DNA of 64,000 nucleotides from an uncultured delta proteobacterium. GTDB lineage: Bacteria; Desulfobacterota; Desulfobacteria; Desulfobacterales; JAHEIW01. The DNA lies in assembly GCA_963706575.1 (NCBI GenBank), contig CAVPNL010000012.1, forward strand, positions 64,001-128,000, in the 5' to 3' direction. The notes under the pieces are model-generated. The model was not told the origin of the DNA, did no database searches, and saw nothing but the letters and a program-made list of their open reading frames with translations. Every line of letters begins with the position of its first letter. The first letter of the stretch is position 1. Shown here piece by piece: positions 9,366 through 19,567 of the stretch. The translations under genes were made by a program, and so were the position numbers.

Positions 9366-10607
9366 TCAGCCATTTGCCATTGCGCCTTTCAATGCCGGTT
9401 TCAGCAATGCGACCAGCACAAATCCAAGCATAGCGATCACGGTGCAGATCCAGATGGCTCCACCATATCCGCCAGTGACGTCAAAAACGTATCCTGCCAT
9501 AACCGGACCCAGGGCACCGCCAAACATACCGCTGAACATGGTGACGCCGAAAAGTGCTCCATGAGATTTTATCCCGAAAAATTCGGCTACGATGGGGGAA
9601 AAGGAAGTAAAAAATCCGCCGTGAGCAACGCCGTAGACGGCGGCAAAGAGATAAAGCATCCAAAGTTCGGTTGCAATTTGCAGCCACAAAAGCACGGCAA
9701 TCAGCAGGAAAAAACAAAAAATCATAACTCTTTTGCTGCCGATACGATCAATGGCAAACCCGCTGACAAATCGACCCGCCATGCTCACGCCGCCAATGGT
9801 AGAGAGCACGCTGGCGGCCCGGGTCGGAGAAATGTTGAGTTCCTGGGCATAGGGTGCAATGTGCACCATAATCGTCATGAGGCAAAAGACGATTGCCAGC
9901 ATGGCAGCGCACATCGTCCAGAACTGTCGGGTGCGTATGGCTTCGCGCAGGGAAAGGCCTTCAGTGTCCCAATCCGGCGCGTCCGTCGACCCGGCCGCAT
10001 TCCCATCGTGTGAAAGACCCATCCGGCTCGGGTCTCGCCTCAGCAGTTGCGCGATGGCAACAAGTATGATCAATACCGCCACACCGATGATGACACAGGA
10101 ACTGCGCCAGCCGTAGCGAATAATGAGGATGCTCACCAAAAAGGGGATAACCATCTGCCCGGCACCGGTGCCGACTTTGACGATGCCGGTTACAATTCCT
10201 CTTTTTCTGACAAACCAGCGTGCGATGGTGGTCAGGGCAATCACATCGACCGTACTCAGGCCGATGCCGAAAATGATTCCAAAGAACAGGTATAACTGCC
10301 ATATCGCTTCAAGCCTGGACATGAGAAAATAGCCCAGACCGAAGAAAACGCTGGAGACGGTCATCAGCGCCCGCGGCCCGAATCTGTCATTTAATCTGCC
10401 AACGCCAATGCCGAGAAAACCCATCAGTAAAAAAGCCAATGATGCGGCCCCGGAAATCGAGGCCCTTGACCAGCCAAACTCATCGATCAACGGATTGAAC
10501 AACACGCCATAAGAAAAATAGGTGCCGATACCAACGGCCTGGATGCCGAAACACGTGGCCGCAATGACATGCCCATATAGATTTTTACCTTTTGGGTCCT
10601 TACCCAT
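9366..10607 (-). CDS. MFS transporter (OFA/MCT-like)
   Basis: About 12 hydrophobic segments; motif A GRLNDRFGPR and GFAIDRIGSK. Confidence 0.92.
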   Translation of the reverse strand: MGKDPKGKNLYGHVIAATCFGIQAVGIGTYFSYGVLFNPLIDEFGWSRASISGAASLAFLLMGFLGIGVGRLNDRFGPRALMTVSSVFFGLGYFLMSRLEAIWQLYLFFGIIFGIGLSTVDVIALTTIARWFVRKRGIVTGIVKVGTGAGQMVIPFLVSILIIRYGWRSSCVIIGVAVLIILVAIAQLLRRDPSRMGLSHDGNAAGSTDAPDWDTEGLSLREAIRTRQFWTMCAAMLAIVFCLMTIMVHIAPYAQELNISPTRAASVLSTIGGVSMAGRFVSGFAIDRIGSKRVMIFCFFLLIAVLLWLQIATELWMLYLFAAVYGVAHGGFFTSFSPIVAEFFGIKSHGALFGVTMFSGMFGGALGPVMAGYVFDVTGGYGGAIWICTVIAMLGFVLVALLKPALKGAMANG

Positions 10608-10745
10608 AAACAGAATTCCTCAACCGAAATGGTGTTTGAATCGGAAAGGGAAAAGAGGTTTTAGTTTAATCTTGTTGCAATGTAAAACGTGCTACTATTT
10701 TGAAACGAAAAAGGCCTGGCGAGTCAAACTAGCCTGCCCTGCCGT

Positions 10746-11030
10746 TCATAAGCCATTGCAGCCGAGCAACGCTTCAATGCCGGCGCCGGTCTTAATAAGG
10801 GCTTCCTTTTTATGTCTGGGCAGGCGCTTGACTTGGTGTTCCACTTTCAAAGCCCGCCCTTTTTCCCCGACCTGTTTTTTAAAAACCAGTTTCAGGGGAG
10901 CGCGTCCACGAAGGTATTTTGCGCCCTTGCTGGCCAGATGATCGGCAATTCGGCGTTCAACATCGGTGGCAATACCCGTATACAGGCTGCCGTCGCGGCA
11001 TTTTAGGATATAGACGTACCAGTCAGGCAT
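10746..11030 (-). CDS. GIY-YIG nuclease family protein (UPF0213)
   Basis: WYVYIL.C.DGSLYTGIATD.ERR..H...KGAKY; start set to ATG 11030. Confidence 0.9.
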   Translation of the reverse strand: MPDWYVYILKCRDGSLYTGIATDVERRIADHLASKGAKYLRGRAPLKLVFKKQVGEKGRALKVEHQVKRLPRHKKEALIKTGAGIEALLGCNGL

Positions 11031-11038
11031 CAGATAGC

Positions 11039-11521
11039 TTAAGAAGAGCAGGCACAGCCGCTGCCGCACCCCGCCGGTTCCTGGGTCGCCGTGGCGCTGA
11101 TGCCGACAACCTCGATATCAAAGGTCAGCGTCTGGCCGGCCAGGGGGTGATTCAGGTCTACGACCACTTTTTCATCATCCATCTCGGTAATCAGAGCCGG
11201 AACCTGCTGCCCTTCCGGCGAGGAAAGCGCCACTGTCTGGCCCACTTCGGGATTGATTTCGGCGGGAACGTCCGACCGGGGAAAAGAATGGGTAAGGCTT
11301 TCGTCTTTCTGCCCGTAAGCGTCCTCAGGTTCGAGGGTGAAAACCTTTTTTTCGTTTAAAGACATGCCCATCAGCGCATTTTCAAACCCTGAGATGATCT
11401 GCCCTTCGCCGATTTGCACTTCCAGGGGATGACGCCCCTCGCTGGTATCGAACACTTCTCCGTTTTGCAATGTTCCTTTATAATGCACACTGACAAACTG
11501 TCCGGTTTCAACTTTTTCCAT
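11039..11521 (-). CDS. FKBP-type peptidyl-prolyl isomerase (SlyD-like)
   Basis: VHYKGTL.NGEVFD, PEDAYG, DLNHPLAGQTLTF; short Cys tail GCGSGCAC; AAGGAG RBS before ATG 11521. Confidence 0.92.
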   Translation of the reverse strand: MEKVETGQFVSVHYKGTLQNGEVFDTSEGRHPLEVQIGEGQIISGFENALMGMSLNEKKVFTLEPEDAYGQKDESLTHSFPRSDVPAEINPEVGQTVALSSPEGQQVPALITEMDDEKVVVDLNHPLAGQTLTFDIEVVGISATATQEPAGCGSGCACSS

Positions 11522-11779
11522 CGCAATCTCCTTCAATTGAATTGATAACCTGTGAACTTAATTAAATTTAAAAAATATTTCCCTTCGTGAACTTTGTGCC
11601 TTCGTGGTAAAATTTTTGTAGCTCGAAAAGGGATATTAACCACAAAGACACGAAGGGCACAAAGTAGGTTAATAATCACACAAGTCAAGTTTTAATTAAA
11701 GATTGCCTTTACAATTGGGATATACACTGATACAGTGCGCCGCTTAAAAATCGAAAACAGGAATAATCTAAGATAATTT

Positions 11780-13366
11780 ATGGATAGTTACAATCAAAAA
11801 GAAATTAACCGCAGAAGAACCTTCGGTATCATCAGCCATCCGGATGCCGGTAAGACCACGCTGACGGAAAAGCTGCTTCTTTTCGGCGGCGCGATCCAGC
11901 AGGCCGGGGCTGTCAAGGCAAAGGGTGCCGCGCGGCATGCCACCAGTGACTGGATGTCAATTGAAAAGGAACGCGGCATCTCGGTGACAACTTCGGTCAT
12001 GAAATTCAATTACAGGGATTTTGAGATTAATCTTCTCGACACTCCGGGCCACCAGGACTTTTCAGAAGATACCTACCGGGTGCTGACCGCCGTCGACAGC
12101 AGTCTGATGGTGATCGACCATGCCAAGGGCGTGGAACCCCAGACCGAAAAGCTGATGGAAGTCTGCCGCAACCGCAATACCCCCATCATGACATTCATCA
12201 ACAAACTTGACCGCGAGGGTATGACACCGCTGGATATCCTGGATGACATTGAAAACAAACTGCAGATCGAATGCACGCCGTTTTCCTGGCCGATCGGCAT
12301 GGGCAAACGCTTTAAGGGGGTATATAACCTTTTTCACAAACAGCTGCACCTGTTCAGACCCGGCGCCGACACGCGCCAACAGGAAGGCGTCGTTATTCAG
12401 AATTTGTCTGATCCTGCACTCGATCAACTTCTTGGCAGCCAGGCGGATGAGCTGCGGGCAGACATCGAGCTGATCGAGTGCGCCGTCAATCCGTTTGAGA
12501 TCAGCGATTATCTAAAAGGAAGTCAGACGCCGGTCTTTTTCGGAAGCGCCATTAATAATTTCGGCGTTCAGGAGATGCTGGATGCTTTTGTCGAAATGGC
12601 GCCTGCGCCGGGTTCGCGCGCTGCCGTCTCCCGCGAAGTTTCGCCATATGAAAAATCGTTTTCGGGTTTTACCTTTAAAATACAGGCTAATATGAACCCG
12701 GCCCACCGGGACCGCATTGCGTTTGTCCGGATCTGTTCGGGAAAATTCAGCAGGGGGATGAAGGTCATCCACCACCGGATCGGAAAAGAGGTCGCCCTGG
12801 CCAATGCCACCATCTTCATGGCGCAGGACCGCGAGAATGTGGAAGAGGCATTTCCCGGAGACATTATCGGCATTCACAACCACGGAACCATAAAAATAGG
12901 CGATACGTTTACCGAAAAAGAGGTTTTGAAATTCAGCGGCATCCCCAATTTTGCACCCGAACATTTCAGACGCATTCGCCTGCGGAATCCGCTAAAAGTC
13001 AAACATCTTCACAAAGGATTGACCCAGCTGGCCGAAGAAGGCGCTGTCCAGGTTTTTCGGCCGGTTACGGGCAGTGACTATATCCTGGGAGCGGTCGGCG
13101 TGCTCCAGTTCGACGTAACCATGGCCCGGCTCAAGGCAGAATATGGCGTGGATGCCGTATATGAACCGGTGGATTTTACGGTGGCCCGCTGGGTCGGCTG
13201 CGATGACCGCAAAAAAATGGCTGAATTTGAGAAAAGCAATATCGCCAACCTGGCCAGAGATGCCGAGGGACGTCTGTCTTTTCTGGCAACCAGTGAATGG
13301 CGGCTCGGCTACTGCATGGAGCAATGGCCGGATGTAGCATTTTTTAAGGCACGCGATATTAATTGA
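11780..13366 (+). CDS. prfC: Peptide chain release factor 3
   Basis: [45 protein letters not shown]; 528 aa. Confidence 0.98.
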   Translation: MDSYNQKEINRRRTFGIISHPDAGKTTLTEKLLLFGGAIQQAGAVKAKGAARHATSDWMSIEKERGISVTTSVMKFNYRDFEINLLDTPGHQDFSEDTYRVLTAVDSSLMVIDHAKGVEPQTEKLMEVCRNRNTPIMTFINKLDREGMTPLDILDDIENKLQIECTPFSWPIGMGKRFKGVYNLFHKQLHLFRPGADTRQQEGVVIQNLSDPALDQLLGSQADELRADIELIECAVNPFEISDYLKGSQTPVFFGSAINNFGVQEMLDAFVEMAPAPGSRAAVSREVSPYEKSFSGFTFKIQANMNPAHRDRIAFVRICSGKFSRGMKVIHHRIGKEVALANATIFMAQDRENVEEAFPGDIIGIHNHGTIKIGDTFTEKEVLKFSGIPNFAPEHFRRIRLRNPLKVKHLHKGLTQLAEEGAVQVFRPVTGSDYILGAVGVLQFDVTMARLKAEYGVDAVYEPVDFTVARWVGCDDRKKMAEFEKSNIANLARDAEGRLSFLATSEWRLGYCMEQWPDVAFFKARDIN

Positions 13367-13500
13367 TCGAGGGGCGCACGAGGAGAAGTGGCTCACGCAA
13401 AGCCGCAAAGGGCGCAAAGATAAGGTTAAACGAGTTTAAAAAATATCTTCCTTTGTGAGCTTTGTACCTTTGTGGTGAGAAATATAAAGGAAAAAATATA

Positions 13501-14571
13501 ATGAATATCGGACTTATCGGTCTACCGAATTCGGGAAAAACGACCATCTTCAATGCCCTGGCCAAATTTGAGGCCCAGGTTTCATCGTACGCCAATTCCA
13601 AATCGGAGCCCAACCGTGCGATGCTGGAAGTTGCAGATGAGCGCGTTGCGACCCTTTCTGACATGTATCATCCGCAGAAAACCACCTTTGCGGCCATCGA
13701 ACTGATTGATTTTCCGGGGCTGACCCAGGGCGCTGCCAGGGAAGGTCTTTTCTCCAGTTCTTCGATGGGGATGATAAAGACTACCGACGCACTTGCCCTG
13801 ATCGTACAAAATTTCCCGGACGGTCTGACGGACCTCCCCACGCCGCTGCAGGATATCGAACAGCTTGAAGACGAGCTATTGATTTCGGATCTGATCATCG
13901 CTGAAAATCGATTGGAACGAATCGAAAAAGCCGGCCGGCGGGGAAAAAAAACAAATCTTCTTGAAATCGAAGAAAAAATTCTGAAGAAGATTATCGACCA
14001 TTTGAGCAGCAATCGAGCCATCCGCGATCTGAAATTAGAGGGCGAGTCTGAAAAGATGATCCGCGGGTTTCAGTTCCTGACGCAAAAACCGGTCATGATT
14101 ATCGTAAACTCTGATGAAAACAATTTTGGCAAGAACCAGGAACTGTTGCAGGAAATCGAGAAGAGATACCGGGTTATTGAATTTGCAGGCAAATTCGAGA
14201 TGGAATTATCACAGCTAAATGATCAGGATGAAATAGCGCTCTTTCTGGCGGATATGGGTATTAATGAATCCGCCAAGGATCGATTGTGCACCGCCGCCTA
14301 TGAACTGCTGGGCTATATCAGTTTTTTCACGGTGGGCTCCGATGAGGTTCGCGCCTGGAGCCTGCGACAAGGTGAGAGCGTATTAGCAGCGGCCGGTACC
14401 ATTCATACCGATCTTGCACGGGGTTTCATCAGAGCGGAATGCTTCTCATATGATGATCTGATTGCGCATGGATCTGAAAAACATGTTAGTGAAAAGGGTC
14501 TGATGCGCCTCGAAGGTCGGAAATACGTCGTTCAGGATGGCAACGTACTGAATATCCGGTTTAATGTGTAA
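13501..14571 (+). CDS. ychF: Redox-regulated ATPase YchF (OBG family)
   Basis: GLPNSGKTT, DFPGL, FFTVGSDEVRAW, AAGTIHTDLARGFIRAE, RLEG..YVVQDG; start set to ATG 13501. Confidence 0.92.
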   Translation: MNIGLIGLPNSGKTTIFNALAKFEAQVSSYANSKSEPNRAMLEVADERVATLSDMYHPQKTTFAAIELIDFPGLTQGAAREGLFSSSSMGMIKTTDALALIVQNFPDGLTDLPTPLQDIEQLEDELLISDLIIAENRLERIEKAGRRGKKTNLLEIEEKILKKIIDHLSSNRAIRDLKLEGESEKMIRGFQFLTQKPVMIIVNSDENNFGKNQELLQEIEKRYRVIEFAGKFEMELSQLNDQDEIALFLADMGINESAKDRLCTAAYELLGYISFFTVGSDEVRAWSLRQGESVLAAAGTIHTDLARGFIRAECFSYDDLIAHGSEKHVSEKGLMRLEGRKYVVQDGNVLNIRFNV

Positions 14572-14589
14572 AGGTCCTCCGGGTTCAGA

Positions 14590-14634
14590 GGTTTGGGGCT
14601 TCGCGCTCCGCGCTACGGCCCCACAAGCAGGGTT
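14590..14634. repeat. REP-like GC-rich hairpin repeat, copy 1
   Basis: GGTTTGGGGCTTCGCGCTCCGCGCTACGGCCCCACAAGCAGGGTT; near-identical at 23527-23571. Confidence 0.85.
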
Positions 14635-14667
14635 ATTCGATTTTTTCATTAGCAGGTTACCCTAAAT

Positions 14668-15324
14668 ATGCAAAATACCATTGAGATTTACTGGAAACAG
14701 AGGTTAGAAAAATGTAGAAATGCTTTAGAAAATAACAATTTTGATGCTTATCTCGCAGAAGATTCTCTCGAAGCCAATCAAATTATTATTAAAGAAATTA
14801 TTCCAAAAATAGATGTAAAAAGTGCTTCTTGGGGAGACTCTATGACGCTTCACTCAACTGGTGTTTTAAACGCACTTAGAAAAATTCCTGACATCCATGT
14901 CATCGAAACATTTGCGGGCGGTGTGCCTCGAGAAGAAATTCTGGAACGTCGCAGACAGGCTTTATTGGTTGATTTGTTTTTTAGCGGAAGCAATGCGCTT
15001 ACAGAAACTGGCAAGTTAGTGAACCTTGATATGGTTGGTAATCGTATTGCCGGTATTGTTTTTGGCCCACAACATGTCATCATTACTGTGGGTAGAAATA
15101 AAATCGTATCAGATGTTGAAGAAGCAATGAAACGTATCAAAAATTATGCTGCACCACTTAACGCTATCAGGCACACCGACTTTAAAACTCCATGTAAAAA
15201 AACTTCTTATTGTATGGATTGTAAAAGCCCTGACCGTATCTGTAACACTTGGACGATAACCGAAAAATCCTACCCAAAAGGCAGAATAAAGGTTCTTATC
15301 ATTAACAAAGATCTTGGATTGTAA
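14668..15324 (+). CDS. LUD-domain (lactate utilization LutC-like) protein
   Basis: GDSMTL, FFSGSNALTETGKLVNLD..GNR, GP, VGRNKIV, C..C..C..C tail. Confidence 0.85.
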   Translation: MQNTIEIYWKQRLEKCRNALENNNFDAYLAEDSLEANQIIIKEIIPKIDVKSASWGDSMTLHSTGVLNALRKIPDIHVIETFAGGVPREEILERRRQALLVDLFFSGSNALTETGKLVNLDMVGNRIAGIVFGPQHVIITVGRNKIVSDVEEAMKRIKNYAAPLNAIRHTDFKTPCKKTSYCMDCKSPDRICNTWTITEKSYPKGRIKVLIINKDLGL

Positions 15325-15335
15325 AAAGGGACCAT

Positions 15336-15481
15336 TACAACCCATCTCAAAAATGTCTTTTGGCCCCATATCTTTGTTGGTGCCTCGCTTTAAATCCTCA
15401 ACATACAACATTATGCTTCCGGTTTAAAACTCGGCCCCGCCGCGATATTGAACCAAAATCCTATTTTTGAAATGGGTTCTA
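15336..15481. mobile_element. 146-bp MITE-like element, copy 1
   Basis: Terminal inverted repeats TACAACCCATCTCAAAAAT / ATTTTTGAAATGGGTTCTA, TA ends, near-identical copy at 22313-22458, no transposase. Confidence 0.8.
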
Positions 15482-15540
15482 ATATCTGTATTTTTTAAAA
15501 CAACTGCTGGTTCGCCCACCCTTAGGGGATAGGTCAGTTC

Positions 15541-16026
15541 CTAATTGTCTGCCAGGGAGATCTCTGTTTTATTCACCGGAAAATCTTGCAGCTTTTTGAT
15601 ATGGCTGTTCTCTTCGGCAATGATCTTTGCTATATTTTCCAGGGTGCCATTATCTTCGATAAAAGGTAACAGGGTCTCGTAAAACAGGATGGTATCCTTT
15701 TCAAATTCTATAAAAATGGCGATCAAATCATCCAGACGATCTACCCTGGAAAAGTCAACGTCCCTGTGAGAGAAACTCTCGTCGCCCAGTATCCCGCCAA
15801 AAACCTTCCGGCCCATCTCTTCCATAAAGGGATTGATGGAATGCGTTTCAAAATTCTTTTTCACCTCAGAAAACCAGCGCCTATGCTGGGCCTCTTCATC
15901 TGCCATCCATAGCAGTAAAGAAACCAGATCGGGTTTTGTGACCTTAGCGACCGCTTTGCGGTAAACCGATTCGCCATTTTTTTCCAGCTGAATTGCCAGA
16001 TCCAGAATTTCGAGCACGGAAAACAT
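15541..16026 (-). CDS. Ferritin-like/rubrerythrin family protein
   Basis: LAIQLEKNG..Y, EEAQH, EKDTILFY, EENSH diiron motifs. Confidence 0.88.
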   Translation of the reverse strand: MFSVLEILDLAIQLEKNGESVYRKAVAKVTKPDLVSLLLWMADEEAQHRRWFSEVKKNFETHSINPFMEEMGRKVFGGILGDESFSHRDVDFSRVDRLDDLIAIFIEFEKDTILFYETLLPFIEDNGTLENIAKIIAEENSHIKKLQDFPVNKTEISLADN

Positions 16027-16113
16027 GGGCTTCCTCTTTTCTTGGTGTTTTTATGATTGTTAAAAATGTAACAGTAGAAAAAAAGGAAAGCAATAAAAAC
16101 CATGAAGAAGTCA

Positions 16114-16157
16114 GAACCCCGCCTCCCATCGGCAGATGAAAAGCGGGGTTTTGGTTT
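16114..16157. terminator. Intrinsic terminator-like hairpin
   Basis: AACCCCGC...GCGGGGTT stem with inner CATC/GATG pair, just past the stop of 16179-16586. Confidence 0.55.
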
Positions 16158-16178
16158 TCGGTTGGTAAATATCGAAGA

Positions 16179-16586
16179 TTAACTTTTGTCTGTCGAACAG
16201 CAGCTTGACCCCGATGATTGGCCACAGCCTGAACCCGACGATTGGCTTCGGGTTAACTGCTTGAGCTCGCTGTCATAAATGGTCACCTTTGATAAAACAC
16301 GGGCGTTATTAAACCAGGCCCGATACTGATCTTGTTTGTCATAATCGCTGGCGGCCCCGCCGAGTACTTTTTCATTCAGATAGCTGTTGAGAAGCACCTG
16401 GTTTTCAGCAGCCGGTTCAACGGCTGTTTTTACGCTAGGTGTCGGGTTGGATTCAGTTGCGGCCGGATTTGAATTTGTGGCCTGAACTCGATTGTGCGTA
16501 AAAACAAAAATGCTTACGGCAATGAATGCCAGCAAGGGAAGTATGATAACGATTTTATTGGCAGCAATCCATTTAAACAATCTCAT
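16179..16586 (-). CDS. Hypothetical membrane-anchored protein with Cys-rich C-terminal tail
   Basis: GAGGAGG RBS; N-terminal TM helix, low-complexity linker, tail SGSGCGQSSGSSCCSTDKS. Confidence 0.7.
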   Translation of the reverse strand: MRLFKWIAANKIVIILPLLAFIAVSIFVFTHNRVQATNSNPAATESNPTPSVKTAVEPAAENQVLLNSYLNEKVLGGAASDYDKQDQYRAWFNNARVLSKVTIYDSELKQLTRSQSSGSGCGQSSGSSCCSTDKS

Positions 16587-17138
16587 TTCTTAAAACCTCC
16601 TCTTCAAAAACACATATGACAGTAAAATTGATATCATCTGTGCGATCAGGGCAAATGCAAATGTTGTATAGATAAGGAAAAAACCGGCAGGATCAAAATT
16701 GAGTGCTCCAAATTAGGTTCTGAGATTCTTGTAGATATTTATTTTATTATACCCTACTAAAATGGTCAAGTATAATATGCTAATTTGTGTCCGAAATTTG
16801 GGGTGAAATCAACAAAAATACCCCCACTTTTCGAAAAAAAATGGAGGGTTTTGATAATTCTACGGATGTCAAATTACAAAATGATGATTGAATTTATAAC
16901 CTTAGCGCTTAACGCGCTTGATGCGGTGGCAATTTATTTCATATGAATGTGCAACACATTACATATATCATTGAAATTATTAAAATTATTGACAAGGCCC
17001 GTATAAATTTTATATTGTTCTGGACTGAATTCCCCCAGAATTGCTGTCGCAGTCGCAACAACGATTCATAACCAAGTTCCCCAATCATTCAGATTTTCAT
17101 ACAACACAAGACCAGCGAGTGGAGATAGTTTATTAAAC

Positions 17139-17345
17139 ATGCACCACCCAAACACAAAAACAGTAGCCCGCCTGCCGCACAGAAAATTGCTATCAAAAAA
17201 TAATTCGCCCTTGAAACACCATGCAATAGATCGCCGCTCGGGAAAAGATCGGCGCAGATCGTGCGACACCAAGTATTTTCTAAACGGCGGAATTGAAAGA
17301 AGGAGTTGGAGGGAAAGAAGATTTTTATGGTATATGACGGAATAG
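17139..17345 (+). CDS. Small (D/E)RR-repeat arginine-rich protein
   Basis: DRRSGKDRR..YFLNGGIERRSWRERR; paralogous to 23759-23962; upstream TTGACA(16989)-16-TATATT and GGAG. Confidence 0.7.
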   Translation: MHHPNTKTVARLPHRKLLSKNNSPLKHHAIDRRSGKDRRRSCDTKYFLNGGIERRSWRERRFLWYMTE

Positions 17346-17380
17346 GCCAGTGTCTTTTTTGATGATTCTTGTAAAATCAA

Positions 17381-17575
17381 ATGAGAAAAATAAGAGAATT
17401 AAATAAACGCCTGAGATCTGACAAAAAACCGGTCGTGAACAAGCCGTCAGATACCGATTTTGTTGAAAGGCGTTCAGCGGCGGCCGATCGGCGCAAAATA
17501 CATACCTTCATTGCAAATGACAGACGCAGTGGAATTGCTGACAGACGCCAACAAAATCGTAAAATCAGACCTTAG
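17381..17575 (+). CDS. Small (D/E)RR-repeat arginine-rich protein
   Basis: ERRSAAADRR..DRRSGIADRR. Confidence 0.65.
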   Translation: MRKIRELNKRLRSDKKPVVNKPSDTDFVERRSAAADRRKIHTFIANDRRSGIADRRQQNRKIRP

Positions 17576-17826
17576 ACGCGCCCGGACGATATCATCTGCC
17601 GTTTAAGGATACCACTTCCTGTGATTTAATCCATCGTATCAGTTTAGTTATTTTTAACTACATCATTATTACTATAATACTTAAGTATTAAGCATATAGC
17701 ACTTTAGTATTATGAAACGCATACCACAGAATTAACGACTTCTTTCCATATATTCGAATCCCGTATATTCCGCAACTCTCTGTCTATCCTTCTGTATATA
17801 TTCAATATTCATTTGTCTTCACATTT

Positions 17827-17841
17827 TGGCATATGTCTTGC
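17827..17841 (+). promoter_or_regulatory. Sigma54 (-24/-12) promoter upstream of tandem PilZ gene
   Basis: TGGCATATGTCTTGC matches GG-N10-GC; AT-rich upstream region. Confidence 0.7.
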
Positions 17842-17974
17842 TCCTTTCACATTTATATTCTGATCTTTATCTTTTTTCATTTCAGATTAATCGAAATGAC
17901 TAGATGAATGACAGGATTGCATTCAATTGCGCAATCGTATTCTCTTCATGTCTTTACTCCAGAGGAGACGAGCA

Positions 17975-18646
17975 ATGACTCGATTTTATGAAAAAAGATC
18001 TGATAGTCGTACCGATTTTAAATCGCCCATTATGGTGGAAGATTCGAAAGGTATTATCTATAAAGCCCGAATGGTTAACTATAGTGGAAACGGCTTGTGC
18101 ATTGAAACGGATTGGTTATTGCGACCGGGAACCGAGATCTATATTGAGATGGAACAATCACCCTACGCATCCCATTCATTTGATCTGCCCGAACGATATC
18201 GGGCGGTGATATTATGGCATGCCAGATTGGAAAACTCCTTCTACAGTTATGGCTATGGGGTTAAATATACACCCGAGGTAGATACGCAGATCCCGCAAAT
18301 CAAAATATTGCAAGAAACAAAAATTAGTGAAGATTTGAGGCGGTATCCGAGGAAGCATTTTTCTAACTCGGTATTTTTCACTTCGCGAAATGGATACTTT
18401 GAAGGCCTGATCAACAACATCAGTAAGAATGGCGTCTTCATCAAAACGCAAGATGATTTTACTGTCGGACAGGTGGTCAGGATAGTCATTCCGGGCACAA
18501 AAATTGATAACGGTACGATGCTAAAAGGTGAAATTCGGCATCGAAGCAAAAAAGGAATCGGAATACAGTTTAAACAGCTATTGAAGGCCAAATTAGATTC
18601 TAACCAGCAAGTCCAAAAAAAATCCTCTTGTGTGGTAACGCGCTAA
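17975..18646 (+). CDS. Tandem PilZ-domain protein (c-di-GMP receptor)
   Basis: Two repeats of RxxxR (KRSDSR, RRYPR) plus NxSxxG (NYSGNG, NISKNG); AGGAG RBS before ATG 17975. Confidence 0.88.
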   Translation: MTRFYEKRSDSRTDFKSPIMVEDSKGIIYKARMVNYSGNGLCIETDWLLRPGTEIYIEMEQSPYASHSFDLPERYRAVILWHARLENSFYSYGYGVKYTPEVDTQIPQIKILQETKISEDLRRYPRKHFSNSVFFTSRNGYFEGLINNISKNGVFIKTQDDFTVGQVVRIVIPGTKIDNGTMLKGEIRHRSKKGIGIQFKQLLKAKLDSNQQVQKKSSCVVTR

Positions 18647-18686
18647 GATATGCATCCGCCAGAGTATATAGGGGGGCTCAGAGTAT

Positions 18687-19505
18687 ATGATGATGCGAAT
18701 TCTAAAGATTTTTTTATTTCTTTTCCTGCTTTCGGCACAGGTCGATGATGTTAATAGCGCCATATTCCAATTAGACCCCGATAATTTCAGTTCACGAGCT
18801 CATAACACCGGAATATATAGCTATGATTTCAGAGTTAATGTCATCGAGCATGACGGGATTCTGATGGATGCGGTTTCCGTCACCCCCCGCAGCACGCAAA
18901 GACCTTTCGTACCGTTTGACAATGGCGGCCATTTACTTTTCATTTCGAGAAATGTATTCCTGAATGTCACCAAAGGCATGATCGCAATGAACCTCCCGAC
19001 CGCTAAAGGAAGGTTGATCAGATTGATAGCCGGTGCCGGCAGTGATATTGAATTCGAACCGGATTCCTTTACAATCACTTCCTCTGTTTCTAACCCCAAT
19101 GCAGTAAAAGCGATCCTTGAGGGTATCGAGTTTATCATCCGGCCGGGTGAAACGACCCGCTTTATTGAAACGAATATTATCCCGGCAAGTGTAAATGTTG
19201 CTTTTAACCAAAACACAGGGGGATTAATTTCGGTTGCCATATTCGGCAGCGCTTACCTGGACGTAAATCAGATTAAAATTAACAGCCTGTTGCTCGAAAG
19301 CCCTGTCTTAAAGCAGAATGCAAAATCCGAGCGTCCCGCGACCATCGCTCACCTTAATGATGATTCATATCCGGACCTGATGGTTGAGTTTGAAGCAAAT
19401 AAAGGCCCCTCCAACGACAATTTCAGCCATGCCATACTACTTAAAGGCCGATTGTCCGACGGCACCATAATCAAAAGCATATCCGCAATGGACTTCATAT
19501 TTTAA
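18687..19505 (+). CDS. Hypothetical secreted protein
   Basis: N-terminal signal-like segment; C-terminal part with HLNDDSYPDL (possible Ca-binding-like loop). Confidence 0.7.
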   Translation: MMMRILKIFLFLFLLSAQVDDVNSAIFQLDPDNFSSRAHNTGIYSYDFRVNVIEHDGILMDAVSVTPRSTQRPFVPFDNGGHLLFISRNVFLNVTKGMIAMNLPTAKGRLIRLIAGAGSDIEFEPDSFTITSSVSNPNAVKAILEGIEFIIRPGETTRFIETNIIPASVNVAFNQNTGGLISVAIFGSAYLDVNQIKINSLLLESPVLKQNAKSERPATIAHLNDDSYPDLMVEFEANKGPSNDNFSHAILLKGRLSDGTIIKSISAMDFIF

Positions 19506-19567
19506 ACAAATAGAGCGGCAGAGAATCGGGGGATCGCTTGCAGACATATCGGGGAAAGCCATCCATT

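Noticed and set aside
10746..11030. GIY-YIG gene as a homing endonuclease or mobile element
   Set aside because: Short UPF0213-type housekeeping protein with no intron or flanking repeats
15109..15411. ORFs with LYVEDLKRG..DIFEM here and at 22296-22514
   Set aside because: Translations of the MITE sequence, not genes
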